Notes under the pieces: model-generated
Database searches by the model: none
What the model saw: only the letters and a program-made list of their open reading frames with translations
Told to the model about the DNA's origin: nothing
Position numbers and translations under genes: made by a program
In this document: in pieces, positions 48,564-59,230 of the stretch
Position numbering within the stretch: position 1 is the stretch's first letter
How the letters are laid out: each line of letters begins with the position of its first letter
From: Azolla caroliniana
Lineage: Eukaryota > Plantae > Polypodiophyta
Reading direction: 5' to 3'
DNA: 64,000 nucleotides
Assembly (NCBI GenBank): GCA_043228905.1
Contig: JBHGNT010000004.1
Coordinates: 15,934,001-15,998,000, forward strand

Positions 48564-49302
48564 GGATGATTGACTATATTGAAAAGTGTCATCAACATAC
48601 AAAAATACCCACAATGAGGTATATATACAACCCATATGCAAAAGTGCACATGTGTGGGTAGAACATAGGTACTTATGTGTAAGTCCTACATTAAATGTAC
48701 TAAAGAGTGGAGGATCTAGAATATCCCACTTAAGTACAAGGTCCTATTTAAAGGCTTTAGGTCAACACATTAACTAGATTCGATCTAGGTAACTACTAAG
48801 TTACATGTGTTGACTAACTAGATTAAACTAGTTGAGCTTGATATCTCAACAAAAGGTATTCGGATAACGGATCGAATAGATCCGGAAGGAGTCCGGCCTA
48901 ATCCGGTATGAACCTGCATGGAGGAACATATTAGTAAATATGTTCAGACTTGACCGTTGAGGTCATTATTGTAAATAACCCTAAAATTATATGAGTATAA
49001 ATATAACTAGGGCAATACTGATATTGTAGTTGTTATCATTATTGTTGTATAGACGGAGAGAGATGAGACAGAGAGAGAAACAGAAAGTATTTTCTATTGT
49101 AACCGTCGGTTGACGAGAATTTAGAACTCGAGGTCGTTGCCTCTGAGTCTCACATTGTATCCTTCCTCTAATAGTGATAGTTGGAGTGTGTGGGCTCCCA
49201 TGGTTTTTCCCGATTAGGGTTTTCCACGTAAACATCTGGTGTCATCTCATTCTCTGTAAGTACACTAATCTTCATTTCTGTTTTTGTTTCTTCCATTGAG
49301 TG

Positions 49303-49589
49303 TGTTACCCGTAAGAATATACGGGGGGGCATAAGGGTATGTGTAATGATGTGGTTGATGTGTATGTGTAAAGTAAATCAATGTGTGAGGATGAGTATGT
49401 GTATGGACACATGCACATAATTGTGCATGTGTAGAAGAATGTGTAATGGTCTTATTTATAACGGTCATGTAACCGTTACATTGGATGTATTATATAAACC
49501 CCATATGGGGGTATGTAATGAGATACATTTTCCCCCTCTCATTTTGTATCACTTCTTATTTTCACTGTCCTTGTTTCTCTCTCCCACGT
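49303..49589 (+). repeat. LTR of the same family as 45650-46018 (inverted orientation), interrupted by Ty3 element F
   Basis: TGTTACCCGTAAGAATATACGGGG... matches the reverse complement of 46018 onward. Confidence 0.85.
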
Positions 49590-50296
49590 TGTCGTAGTGT
49601 ATTCCACACACTACGTGAAAACCATAAAATAATATATCCGATTTTAGATACATATAACTAGATAAATAATATATCAAAAGAATTTATCACATGCATAGGG
49701 CAGGATTCAAACCATGCACCTCCACATAGATAAACCTCAACTTTACCATTGTAATAACTTATCTTTAGTGTTATAAATATAGATTTAATACGTATAAGAC
49801 CTTTATTTACACATACCTTTATTAAAAGGTAAAAATCATGTATTCTTTAGAGTGTGAATATTTTATTTACACGTGACATTAAAAGTGACTCATGCACATC
49901 TAGCGTGCATGAGCCCTATATTTAGGAAATGACAAAGCATCACATGCACATTTAGTGTGCATGGACACTTTAGGTGAAAAAGCATGAAGCCATGCTTAGC
50001 CTCTTCCATCTTTATATAAGGAGGAGAAAAATATGTATATGGTTGTTGATTAATATCGAAGAATTGATCAATCTAATATATTCGTGGGGATTCACGAATT
50101 TTGCCATCTAAATTACTCTTATAATCTAAATATTGTTTTAAAATACACAAAACTCGTGGGATTCACGAGATTACTATCTTACTTCTCTTCCTACTATTCA
50201 TAATTAGCCTTAAGTTGTATTCCTCTTCCTCCTAGTCCAAAACCTCGGCGGTTCCCACCCGACTCACGCAACGATCCGGAGCCGAAAGGCACGACA
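49590..50296 (+). repeat. 5' LTR of element F
   Basis: 6-bp inverted termini, TATATAA near 50013, followed by the PBS. Confidence 0.85.
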
Positions 50297-50300
50297 CAGT

Positions 50301-50317
50301 TGGTGAACCCGACGTGA
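50301..50317 (+). promoter_or_regulatory. Primer-binding site complementary to tRNA-Trp
   Basis: TGGTGAACCCGACGTGA is the reverse complement of the plant tRNA-Trp 3' end TCACGTCGGGTTCACCA, recalled rather than searched. Confidence 0.85.
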
Positions 50318-50335
50318 AGTCCGGGTGGCAAGGAG

Positions 50336-52398
50336 ATGGAAAATCAACCGGAGGCTAGCAACATGATGATGATGTTCGAGCGCATCCTACAAGAACAACG
50401 TGCGATGTCGGAGATAGCGGCATCAGTGGAGCGGCTCGTGCAACGAAACGGGCAATTCAACGGGAAAGACGTGTCACGGTATCTTCGGGACTACAAGGCG
50501 GAGATGCTACGGTGCGGAATATCGGAAGGACTGCAAGTGACGTCCTTCAACCGGGTGGCGACCGACGGGCTTCAAGCAAGCATCCATGGGCTACGACAGC
50601 AAAATCCGACATGGGAGGCGTTTGAAGTAGAGCTAAAGAGGGCGTTCGCCATCGAGGATTCCTCCAAGGCGACGCGAAGGGGATTCGAAGACTGGGTGGA
50701 GACGCCGGACAAGGGATTGAAGGTCGTTGATGTGTTTTCGGCATTCGAAAGCCGGTTCGGGAGGTTGTCCGTGAGAGATCAAGCTATCCTCGTACCAGAC
50801 AAGGTGATCATGTTCTTGCGAGCCGTGGACGTCCGGGACCGGAAAGATCTCGGAGTGCTCTTGGAGGACACGACCACGGAGAGCGGCCTCACCGAAACAT
50901 GGGAAAGCGTGCGGGATATCGTCGCGCGATACACGAAGAGGGGGCAATGGTGATACACGAAGAGGGGGCGATACACGAAGAGGAAAAGAGGGTTTCGGAA
51001 CCGATTCAGAAACCGAGAACCGGATTGGAAGACCATCAACTGAGGGCTCGAGAGACTACAACGGAGAAGGCGATTGATGCATCTACGGTGGAGCAACTAT
51101 TGAAGGAGATGGAGAATCTGAAGATCGCGATGGTGAAGAAGTCGGATGACCGCCCCACAAGCTCCAAGTATACGGACCGACGGTGCATATGGTGCGATAG
51201 CGCCGAACACGATCGGAGGGATTGCGACGAGCATAAGGAGGCGCTACGGCGGGATCTCATCTACTACGAGGGAAACCGGATTCATTCGATGGACTCTCGG
51301 AAGCCACTCCGACCGAACTTCCGGAAAGGCGGCATGAAGAAGGTGCTCGAGGAGGAATTGGCGGCAAGAAGCAACTATGCGACAACTGCGGGAATATGTG
51401 TCGGGGAGTCATCGAGAGAAAAGACGTCTTTTTGGCCGGAAGTTCTAGAAAACACCGAGAAAACCGACTCTAACGAGATCCGAAGCACCGCGGAAGGCGT
51501 CCGGGAAGCTACGGGATGGGAGTGCCCTGTCGACAGGAATAGCGTATACGCCCTATGTCAATTGCATAAGGTGTATGTGGACGAGAAACGACGACGCACG
51601 GAGGATGCGGCCGGGCCATCAAAGATACCGGAAAGCTGGAACTCCGGAGGTAAGGGAAAAGAGAAGGCGACTCCGGCATTCAAGCTCGCCTCGGACATAG
51701 AACAACAAACCGACTTGAAAAGAGTGTTCGAGGAAAGAATCTTGGATAGCCGGGTAGATTTCTCGCTTCGGGAGCTACTCGGAATAGCAAAGAAGGAGTT
51801 CCACGATCTTCTCGTGGATCTCGTGAAGCGAAAAAGACAAAGTACGGAGGAAAATGCTCCAAGGGTGAATGCGAACACCGTTTTAATGAACGACACCGAA
51901 GTGGAGGACGAAATCCCGAACTCCCACTATACAAGGCCACATTGGGCACGCGCGACTACGAAGACTCCGGTCCGAATCGGCAACATCAAAGAACCCGTGC
52001 TAGCATTGATTGATCACGGATCGGAGATCAACTTGATGTCCAAGGAGTTCTACCGGAAGGGGAAGTGGCCTATTAACACCAACCATGGATGGAAGATTCG
52101 GGCGGCCACCAAAGCAACGGAAGATCTATTTGCGGCTTGTCCGGATGTGACGGTGAAGATCGGGGATGTCGAGATCGACCAAAATTTCTTCGTGCAAGAT
52201 GAGGTTTCACATTCCGTCATCCTCGGCCAACCCTTTATCACGGCATCACGGATGGAGACGAAGGTGCTCGATAGCGGTGCGGCTTTTACGCGAATTCGGA
52301 GCCAAAACGGTGGGAAATCCGTCCAATTACTAACGGTGCCGGCAAATCACGAAAGGAACAAGAGGGAACTCTTGTCCCAAGTGAGAATGGATTTTTAA
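50336..52398 (+). pseudogene. gag: Element F gag-protease (frame broken by a short triplication near 50950)
   Basis: GQFNGKDVSRYL, CIWCDSAEHDRRDC, ALIDHGSEINL, VILGQPF. Confidence 0.85.
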
Positions 52399-54458
52399 AG
52401 CGGACTGTTGCAGAGTGGGGAAGTGATAGTCCGAGAAGCCCTGATACCCCACACAGGAAGAAAACTCTCGGAGCAAAACATGTACGAATCGGTCCGGATG
52501 GGGCATCTACGTACACAACCGTAACCGGAGGATTGAAGAAAGGATACCGACAAGTGGAGGATAAGTTGCAGTCGGCATCAATAATAAAAGAAGATGAAGA
52601 AATCGTGGGGATAGTCGAAGAAGTATTCTATGGGAGCACGCTACAACGACTCGAAGAGCTTGCGGAAGATAAAAGCCAAGGGAACCGGGTAGTCCCGGTG
52701 GAATCGGTCGAGATGTACGAGATCATTGAGAAAATGGAGCCGGATATGCTCCGCAAAGAAGAAGCAATGGTAAGTACGAAGTACAAGACCGTGGAGAAGA
52801 AGGTGAAACCGGCCGCGGGTCCACTACCCGCCGATAGCGAACAAAAGAGGAAAGAAGTCTCGGGAGATCTGACACTTCGGAAGTCCGTGGATATCGGACA
52901 TGCCTTCATGGATGAGACCCGGAAGAAACTTCGGATCGGTGGAGGTGGGTTCCTATTACAAAAAGAAGAAGAACGGTTTCGCGAGATGTTGGAGCAATAC
53001 GGCAAAGCATTTGCATTTACATCAAGGGAGATAGGGTGCGTCAATCCGAGAATAGTGGAGCCGATGGTGATCTTCACGATTGACCATGTACCGTGGAACC
53101 TGAAGCCGATTCCGGTGCCACGAGCGCATATTCCAAAAGTCATTGACTTGCTCAAGGAGAAGGTGGCGATGGGGATTCTAGAGCCATCAACTGCTCCGTA
53201 CTCAAATCGATGGTTTACGGTTCCGAAGAAGAATGGGTCACTCCGATTTATCCAAGACTTGCAACCGGTGAATAAGGTCACGATCCGGAACTCGGGAGTC
53301 GGTCCGATAGTGGACGAATTTGCGGAAGCTTTTGCCGGTCGTGCGATATACTCCATCGGAGACCTATACTCGGGGTATGACCAATTCCAACTAGCCGTGG
53401 AGAGCCGAGACATCACAACCATGCGAACACCGATAGGATTAGTCCGAATGTGCACACTACCACAAGGAGCGACAAACTCGGTTGCTCATATGATGAACGC
53501 GATGAACAAGGTGCTTCGAGACTGCATTGCGGAGATAACGATGCCGTTCCTCGATGACATTCCGATGAAAGGATGCGCGGTAGAAGAAAAAGATGAGACT
53601 ATGGATGATCGGGGATGCCGAAAGTTCGTGGTCGACCATATTCATGATTGCGAGAAAGTGTTGCGAAAGCTAGAGGATGTGCACCTAACACTTTCCGGGG
53701 AGAAATCGGCATTCGGGCAAGAAGAAATATTGGTGGTCGGACATCTATGTGGGCCCTACGGCCGAAGACCGTCACCAACAAAGATCGATGCGATTCAAGC
53801 TATGGAGGAAGTATGCGAGTCAACATCCGAAGTCCGAAGGTTTCTCGGTGCATGTGCATTCTATCACATATGGATTCCGCACTATGCACATATAGCGGAT
53901 CCACTCTACCACTTGTTGCGGAAAGGTAAGAAATTCGAATGGAAACCGGAACACACCAAAGCCATGAAGAAATTGAAGAAGACACTTCGGAGGGCGGAAG
54001 CACTTAAGAAACCGAGCTATGACCGACCGATCATAGTAACGGTTGATACAAGTCCAACCGGTATCGGGTGGGTCATCAATCAAGCCGACTCGGATGGTTT
54101 GTGGTATCCGATCCGATTCGGAGCAAAGGTTCTCAACGAAAGGCAACGTGGATATGCGCAAGTCAAAAGAGAACTGTGGGGAGTCGTGTCGGCGATAAAA
54201 TCGGATCGGGATTATTTGATCGGAGCCGAAGTGGTGATCGAGACGGATTGTCTTCCGATACTCGGGATGATGCGGTGTTGTACGATACCGGATGTAGCTA
54301 TGCTAAGGTGGGTTGCATATGTCAAGTCGCTTAATCCGGAGGTTCGACACATCTCGGGGAAGGACAACGCGGTAGCGGATATGTTATCAAGGGCTCGGTT
54401 CGGAGACCACTACCCGCCGATAGCGAACAAAAGAGGAAAGAAGTCTCGGGAGATCTGA
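52389..54458 (+). CDS. pol: Element F pol (-1 frame): RT-RNase H, array copy 1
   Basis: Open from the slippery site at 52389; RFIQDLQPVN, DLYSGYDQ, LPQG, FLDD, VDTS, ELWG, ETDC, ADMLSR. Confidence 0.9.
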   Translation, partial: GFLKRTVAEWGSDSPRSPDTPHRKKTLGAKHVRIGPDGASTYTTVTGGLKKGYRQVEDKLQSASIIKEDEEIVGIVEEVFYGSTLQRLEELAEDKSQGNRVVPVESVEMYEIIEKMEPDMLRKEEAMVSTKYKTVEKKVKPAAGPLPADSEQKRKEVSGDLTLRKSVDIGHAFMDETRKKLRIGGGGFLLQKEEERFREMLEQYGKAFAFTSREIGCVNPRIVEPMVIFTIDHVPWNLKPIPVPRAHIPKVIDLLKEKVAMGILEPSTAPYSNRWFTVPKKNGSLRFIQDLQPVNKVTIRNSGVGPIVDEFAEAFAGRAIYSIGDLYSGYDQFQLAVESRDITTMRTPIGLVRMCTLPQGATNSVAHMMNAMNKVLRDCIAEITMPFLDDIPMKGCAVEEKDETMDDRGCRKFVVDHIHDCEKVLRKLEDVHLTLSGEKSAFGQEEILVVGHLCGPYGRRPSPTKIDAIQAMEEVCESTSEVRRFLGACAFYHIWIPHYAHIADPLYHLLRKGKKFEWKPEHTKAMKKLKKTLRRAEALKKPSYDRPIIVTVDTSPTGIGWVINQADSDGLWYPIRFGAKVLNERQRGYAQVKRELWGVVSAIKSDRDYLIGAEVVIETDCLPILGMMRCCTIPDVAMLRWVAYVKSLNPEVRHISGKDNAVADMLSRARFGDHYPPIANKRGKKSREI

Positions 54459-54472
54459 CACTTCGGAAGTCC

Positions 54473-56044
54473 GTGGATATCGGACATGCCTTCATGGATG
54501 AGACCCGGAAGAAACTTCGGATCGGTGGAGGTGGGTTCCTATTACAAAAAGAAGAAGAACGGTTTCGCGAGATGTTGGAGCAATACGGCAAAGCATTTGC
54601 ATTTACATCAAGGGAGATAGGGTGCGTCAATCCGAGAATAGTGGAGCCGATGGTGATCTTCACGATTGACCATGTACCGTGGAACCTGAAGCCGATTCCG
54701 GTGCCACGAGCGCATATTCCAAAAGTCATTGACTTGCTCAAGGAGAAGGTGGCGATGGGGATTCTAGAGCCATCAACTGCTCCGTACTCAAATCGATGGT
54801 TTACGGTTCCGAAGAAGAATGGGTCACTCCGATTTATCCAAGACTTGCAACCGGTGAATAAGGTCACGATCCGGAACTCGGGAGTCGGTCCGATAGTGGA
54901 CGAATTTGCGGAAGCTTTTGCCGGTCGTGCGATATACTCCATCGGAGACCTATACTCGGGGTATGACCAATTCCAACTAGCCGTGGAGAGCCGAGACATC
55001 ACAACCATGCGAACACCGATAGGATTAGTCCGAATGTGCACACTACCACAAGGAGCGACAAACTCGGTTGCTCATATGATGAACGCGATGAACAAGGTGC
55101 TTCGAGACTGCATTGCGGAGATAACGATGCCGTTCCTCGATGACATTCCGATGAAAGGATGCGCGGTAGAAGAAAAAGATGAGACTATGGATGATCGGGG
55201 ATGCCGAAAGTTCGTGGTCGACCATATTCATGATTGCGAGAAAGTGTTGCGAAAGCTAGAGGATGTGCACCTAACACTTTCCGGGGAGAAATCGGCATTC
55301 GGGCAAGAAGAAATATTGGTGGTCGGACATCTATGTGGGCCCTACGGCCGAAGACCGTCACCAACAAAGATCGATGCGATTCAAGCTATGGAGGAAGTAT
55401 GCGAGTCAACATCCGAAGTCCGAAGGTTTCTCGGTGCATGTGCATTCTATCACATATGGATTCCGCACTATGCACATATAGCGGATCCACTCTACCACTT
55501 GTTGCGGAAAGGTAAGAAATTCGAATGGAAACCGGAACACACCAAAGCCATGAAGAAATTGAAGAAGACACTTCGGAGGGCGGAAGCACTTAAGAAACCG
55601 AGCTATGACCGACCGATCATAGTAACGGTTGATACAAGTCCAACCGGTATCGGGTGGGTCATCAATCAAGCCGACTCGGATGGTTTGTGGTATCCGATCC
55701 GATTCGGAGCAAAGGTTCTCAACGAAAGGCAACGTGGATATGCGCAAGTCAAAAGAGAACTGTGGGGAGTCGTGTCGGCGATAAAATCGGATCGGGATTA
55801 TTTGATCGGAGCCGAAGTGGTGATCGAGACGGATTGTCTTCCGATACTCGGGATGATGCGGTGTTGTACGATACCGGATGTAGCTATGCTAAGGTGGGTT
55901 GCATATGTCAAGTCGCTTAATCCGGAGGTTCGACACATCTCGGGGAAGGACAACGCGGTAGCGGATATGTTATCAAGGGCTCGGTTCGGAGACCACTACC
56001 CGCCGATAGCGAACAAAAGAGGAAAGAAGTCTCGGGAGATCTGA
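54473..56044 (+). CDS. RT-RNase H ORF, array copy 2
   Basis: 523-aa ORF (GTG start; in-frame ATG at 54494) identical to the corresponding part of copy 1. Confidence 0.75.
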   Translation: MDIGHAFMDETRKKLRIGGGGFLLQKEEERFREMLEQYGKAFAFTSREIGCVNPRIVEPMVIFTIDHVPWNLKPIPVPRAHIPKVIDLLKEKVAMGILEPSTAPYSNRWFTVPKKNGSLRFIQDLQPVNKVTIRNSGVGPIVDEFAEAFAGRAIYSIGDLYSGYDQFQLAVESRDITTMRTPIGLVRMCTLPQGATNSVAHMMNAMNKVLRDCIAEITMPFLDDIPMKGCAVEEKDETMDDRGCRKFVVDHIHDCEKVLRKLEDVHLTLSGEKSAFGQEEILVVGHLCGPYGRRPSPTKIDAIQAMEEVCESTSEVRRFLGACAFYHIWIPHYAHIADPLYHLLRKGKKFEWKPEHTKAMKKLKKTLRRAEALKKPSYDRPIIVTVDTSPTGIGWVINQADSDGLWYPIRFGAKVLNERQRGYAQVKRELWGVVSAIKSDRDYLIGAEVVIETDCLPILGMMRCCTIPDVAMLRWVAYVKSLNPEVRHISGKDNAVADMLSRARFGDHYPPIANKRGKKSREI

Positions 56045-56058
56045 CACTTCGGAAGTCC

Positions 56059-57630
56059 GTGGATATCGGACATGCCTTCATGGATGAGACCCGGAAGAAA
56101 CTTCGGATCGGTGGAGGTGGGTTCCTATTACAAAAAGAAGAAGAACGGTTTCGCGAGATGTTGGAGCAATACGGCAAAGCATTTGCATTTACATCAAGGG
56201 AGATAGGGTGCGTCAATCCGAGAATAGTGGAGCCGATGGTGATCTTCACGATTGACCATGTACCGTGGAACCTGAAGCCGATTCCGGTGCCACGAGCGCA
56301 TATTCCAAAAGTCATTGACTTGCTCAAGGAGAAGGTGGCGATGGGGATTCTAGAGCCATCAACTGCTCCGTACTCAAATCGATGGTTTACGGTTCCGAAG
56401 AAGAATGGGTCACTCCGATTTATCCAAGACTTGCAACCGGTGAATAAGGTCACGATCCGGAACTCGGGAGTCGGTCCGATAGTGGACGAATTTGCGGAAG
56501 CTTTTGCCGGTCGTGCGATATACTCCATCGGAGACCTATACTCGGGGTATGACCAATTCCAACTAGCCGTGGAGAGCCGAGACATCACAACCATGCGAAC
56601 ACCGATAGGATTAGTCCGAATGTGCACACTACCACAAGGAGCGACAAACTCGGTTGCTCATATGATGAACGCGATGAACAAGGTGCTTCGAGACTGCATT
56701 GCGGAGATAACGATGCCGTTCCTCGATGACATTCCGATGAAAGGATGCGCGGTAGAAGAAAAAGATGAGACTATGGATGATCGGGGATGCCGAAAGTTCG
56801 TGGTCGACCATATTCATGATTGCGAGAAAGTGTTGCGAAAGCTAGAGGATGTGCACCTAACACTTTCCGGGGAGAAATCGGCATTCGGGCAAGAAGAAAT
56901 ATTGGTGGTCGGACATCTATGTGGGCCCTACGGCCGAAGACCGTCACCAACAAAGATCGATGCGATTCAAGCTATGGAGGAAGTATGCGAGTCAACATCC
57001 GAAGTCCGAAGGTTTCTCGGTGCATGTGCATTCTATCACATATGGATTCCGCACTATGCACATATAGCGGATCCACTCTACCACTTGTTGCGGAAAGGTA
57101 AGAAATTCGAATGGAAACCGGAACACACCAAAGCCATGAAGAAATTGAAGAAGACACTTCGGAGGGCGGAAGCACTTAAGAAACCGAGCTATGACCGACC
57201 GATCATAGTAACGGTTGATACAAGTCCAACCGGTATCGGGTGGGTCATCAATCAAGCCGACTCGGATGGTTTGTGGTATCCGATCCGATTCGGAGCAAAG
57301 GTTCTCAACGAAAGGCAACGTGGATATGCGCAAGTCAAAAGAGAACTGTGGGGAGTCGTGTCGGCGATAAAATCGGATCGGGATTATTTGATCGGAGCCG
57401 AAGTGGTGATCGAGACGGATTGTCTTCCGATACTCGGGATGATGCGGTGTTGTACGATACCGGATGTAGCTATGCTAAGGTGGGTTGCATATGTCAAGTC
57501 GCTTAATCCGGAGGTTCGACACATCTCGGGGAAGGACAACGCGGTAGCGGATATGTTATCAAGGGCTCGGTTCGGAGACCACTACCCGCCGATAGCGAAC
57601 AAAAGAGGAAAGAAGTCTCGGGAGATCTGA
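56059..57630 (+). CDS. RT-RNase H ORF, array copy 3
   Basis: Identical 523-aa ORF. Confidence 0.75.
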   Translation: MDIGHAFMDETRKKLRIGGGGFLLQKEEERFREMLEQYGKAFAFTSREIGCVNPRIVEPMVIFTIDHVPWNLKPIPVPRAHIPKVIDLLKEKVAMGILEPSTAPYSNRWFTVPKKNGSLRFIQDLQPVNKVTIRNSGVGPIVDEFAEAFAGRAIYSIGDLYSGYDQFQLAVESRDITTMRTPIGLVRMCTLPQGATNSVAHMMNAMNKVLRDCIAEITMPFLDDIPMKGCAVEEKDETMDDRGCRKFVVDHIHDCEKVLRKLEDVHLTLSGEKSAFGQEEILVVGHLCGPYGRRPSPTKIDAIQAMEEVCESTSEVRRFLGACAFYHIWIPHYAHIADPLYHLLRKGKKFEWKPEHTKAMKKLKKTLRRAEALKKPSYDRPIIVTVDTSPTGIGWVINQADSDGLWYPIRFGAKVLNERQRGYAQVKRELWGVVSAIKSDRDYLIGAEVVIETDCLPILGMMRCCTIPDVAMLRWVAYVKSLNPEVRHISGKDNAVADMLSRARFGDHYPPIANKRGKKSREI

Positions 57631-57644
57631 CACTTCGGAAGTCC

Positions 57645-59216
57645 GTGGATATCGGACATGCCTTCATGGATGAGACCCGGAAGAAACTTCGGATCGGTGG
57701 AGGTGGGTTCCTATTACAAAAAGAAGAAGAACGGTTTCGCGAGATGTTGGAGCAATACGGCAAAGCATTTGCATTTACATCAAGGGAGATAGGGTGCGTC
57801 AATCCGAGAATAGTGGAGCCGATGGTGATCTTCACGATTGACCATGTACCGTGGAACCTGAAGCCGATTCCGGTGCCACGAGCGCATATTCCAAAAGTCA
57901 TTGACTTGCTCAAGGAGAAGGTGGCGATGGGGATTCTAGAGCCATCAACTGCTCCGTACTCAAATCGATGGTTTACGGTTCCGAAGAAGAATGGGTCACT
58001 CCGATTTATCCAAGACTTGCAACCGGTGAATAAGGTCACGATCCGGAACTCGGGAGTCGGTCCGATAGTGGACGAATTTGCGGAAGCTTTTGCCGGTCGT
58101 GCGATATACTCCATCGGAGACCTATACTCGGGGTATGACCAATTCCAACTAGCCGTGGAGAGCCGAGACATCACAACCATGCGAACACCGATAGGATTAG
58201 TCCGAATGTGCACACTACCACAAGGAGCGACAAACTCGGTTGCTCATATGATGAACGCGATGAACAAGGTGCTTCGAGACTGCATTGCGGAGATAACGAT
58301 GCCGTTCCTCGATGACATTCCGATGAAAGGATGCGCGGTAGAAGAAAAAGATGAGACTATGGATGATCGGGGATGCCGAAAGTTCGTGGTCGACCATATT
58401 CATGATTGCGAGAAAGTGTTGCGAAAGCTAGAGGATGTGCACCTAACACTTTCCGGGGAGAAATCGGCATTCGGGCAAGAAGAAATATTGGTGGTCGGAC
58501 ATCTATGTGGGCCCTACGGCCGAAGACCGTCACCAACAAAGATCGATGCGATTCAAGCTATGGAGGAAGTATGCGAGTCAACATCCGAAGTCCGAAGGTT
58601 TCTCGGTGCATGTGCATTCTATCACATATGGATTCCGCACTATGCACATATAGCGGATCCACTCTACCACTTGTTGCGGAAAGGTAAGAAATTCGAATGG
58701 AAACCGGAACACACCAAAGCCATGAAGAAATTGAAGAAGACACTTCGGAGGGCGGAAGCACTTAAGAAACCGAGCTATGACCGACCGATCATAGTAACGG
58801 TTGATACAAGTCCAACCGGTATCGGGTGGGTCATCAATCAAGCCGACTCGGATGGTTTGTGGTATCCGATCCGATTCGGAGCAAAGGTTCTCAACGAAAG
58901 GCAACGTGGATATGCGCAAGTCAAAAGAGAACTGTGGGGAGTCGTGTCGGCGATAAAATCGGATCGGGATTATTTGATCGGAGCCGAAGTGGTGATCGAG
59001 ACGGATTGTCTTCCGATACTCGGGATGATGCGGTGTTGTACGATACCGGATGTAGCTATGCTAAGGTGGGTTGCATATGTCAAGTCGCTTAATCCGGAGG
59101 TTCGACACATCTCGGGGAAGGACAACGCGGTAGCGGATATGTTATCAAGGGCTCGGTTCGGAGACCACTACCCGCCGATAGCGAACAAAAGAGGAAAGAA
59201 GTCTCGGGAGATCTGA
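57645..59216 (+). CDS. RT-RNase H ORF, array copy 4
   Basis: Identical 523-aa ORF. Confidence 0.75.
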   Translation: MDIGHAFMDETRKKLRIGGGGFLLQKEEERFREMLEQYGKAFAFTSREIGCVNPRIVEPMVIFTIDHVPWNLKPIPVPRAHIPKVIDLLKEKVAMGILEPSTAPYSNRWFTVPKKNGSLRFIQDLQPVNKVTIRNSGVGPIVDEFAEAFAGRAIYSIGDLYSGYDQFQLAVESRDITTMRTPIGLVRMCTLPQGATNSVAHMMNAMNKVLRDCIAEITMPFLDDIPMKGCAVEEKDETMDDRGCRKFVVDHIHDCEKVLRKLEDVHLTLSGEKSAFGQEEILVVGHLCGPYGRRPSPTKIDAIQAMEEVCESTSEVRRFLGACAFYHIWIPHYAHIADPLYHLLRKGKKFEWKPEHTKAMKKLKKTLRRAEALKKPSYDRPIIVTVDTSPTGIGWVINQADSDGLWYPIRFGAKVLNERQRGYAQVKRELWGVVSAIKSDRDYLIGAEVVIETDCLPILGMMRCCTIPDVAMLRWVAYVKSLNPEVRHISGKDNAVADMLSRARFGDHYPPIANKRGKKSREI

Positions 59217-59230
59217 CACTTCGGAAGTCC

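Larger units (their letters stand above)
42023..48851 (-). mobile_element. RT/RNaseH-less copia (element D), TSD AAAGG
   Basis: LTRs 42023-42463 and 45492-48851 (interrupted); PBS-iMet 45480-45491; PPT TTGAGGGGGCG; gag-PR-INT only. Confidence 0.92.
41934..49302 (+). repeat. Tork-like LTR split by element D and cut off at 49303
   Basis: 41934-42022 and 48857-49302 rejoin across the AAAGG TSD; TGTTGGGAA start, TATAAATA and GGGTTTTCCAC motifs shared with the 20441-25916 LTRs. Confidence 0.7.

Noticed and set aside
54395-54420. Array unit derived from a back-spliced circular RNA
   Set aside because: The sequence before the unit start is GGGT, not an AG acceptor, and there is no GT donor on the opposite strand. 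The native sequence after the unit end is outside the window.
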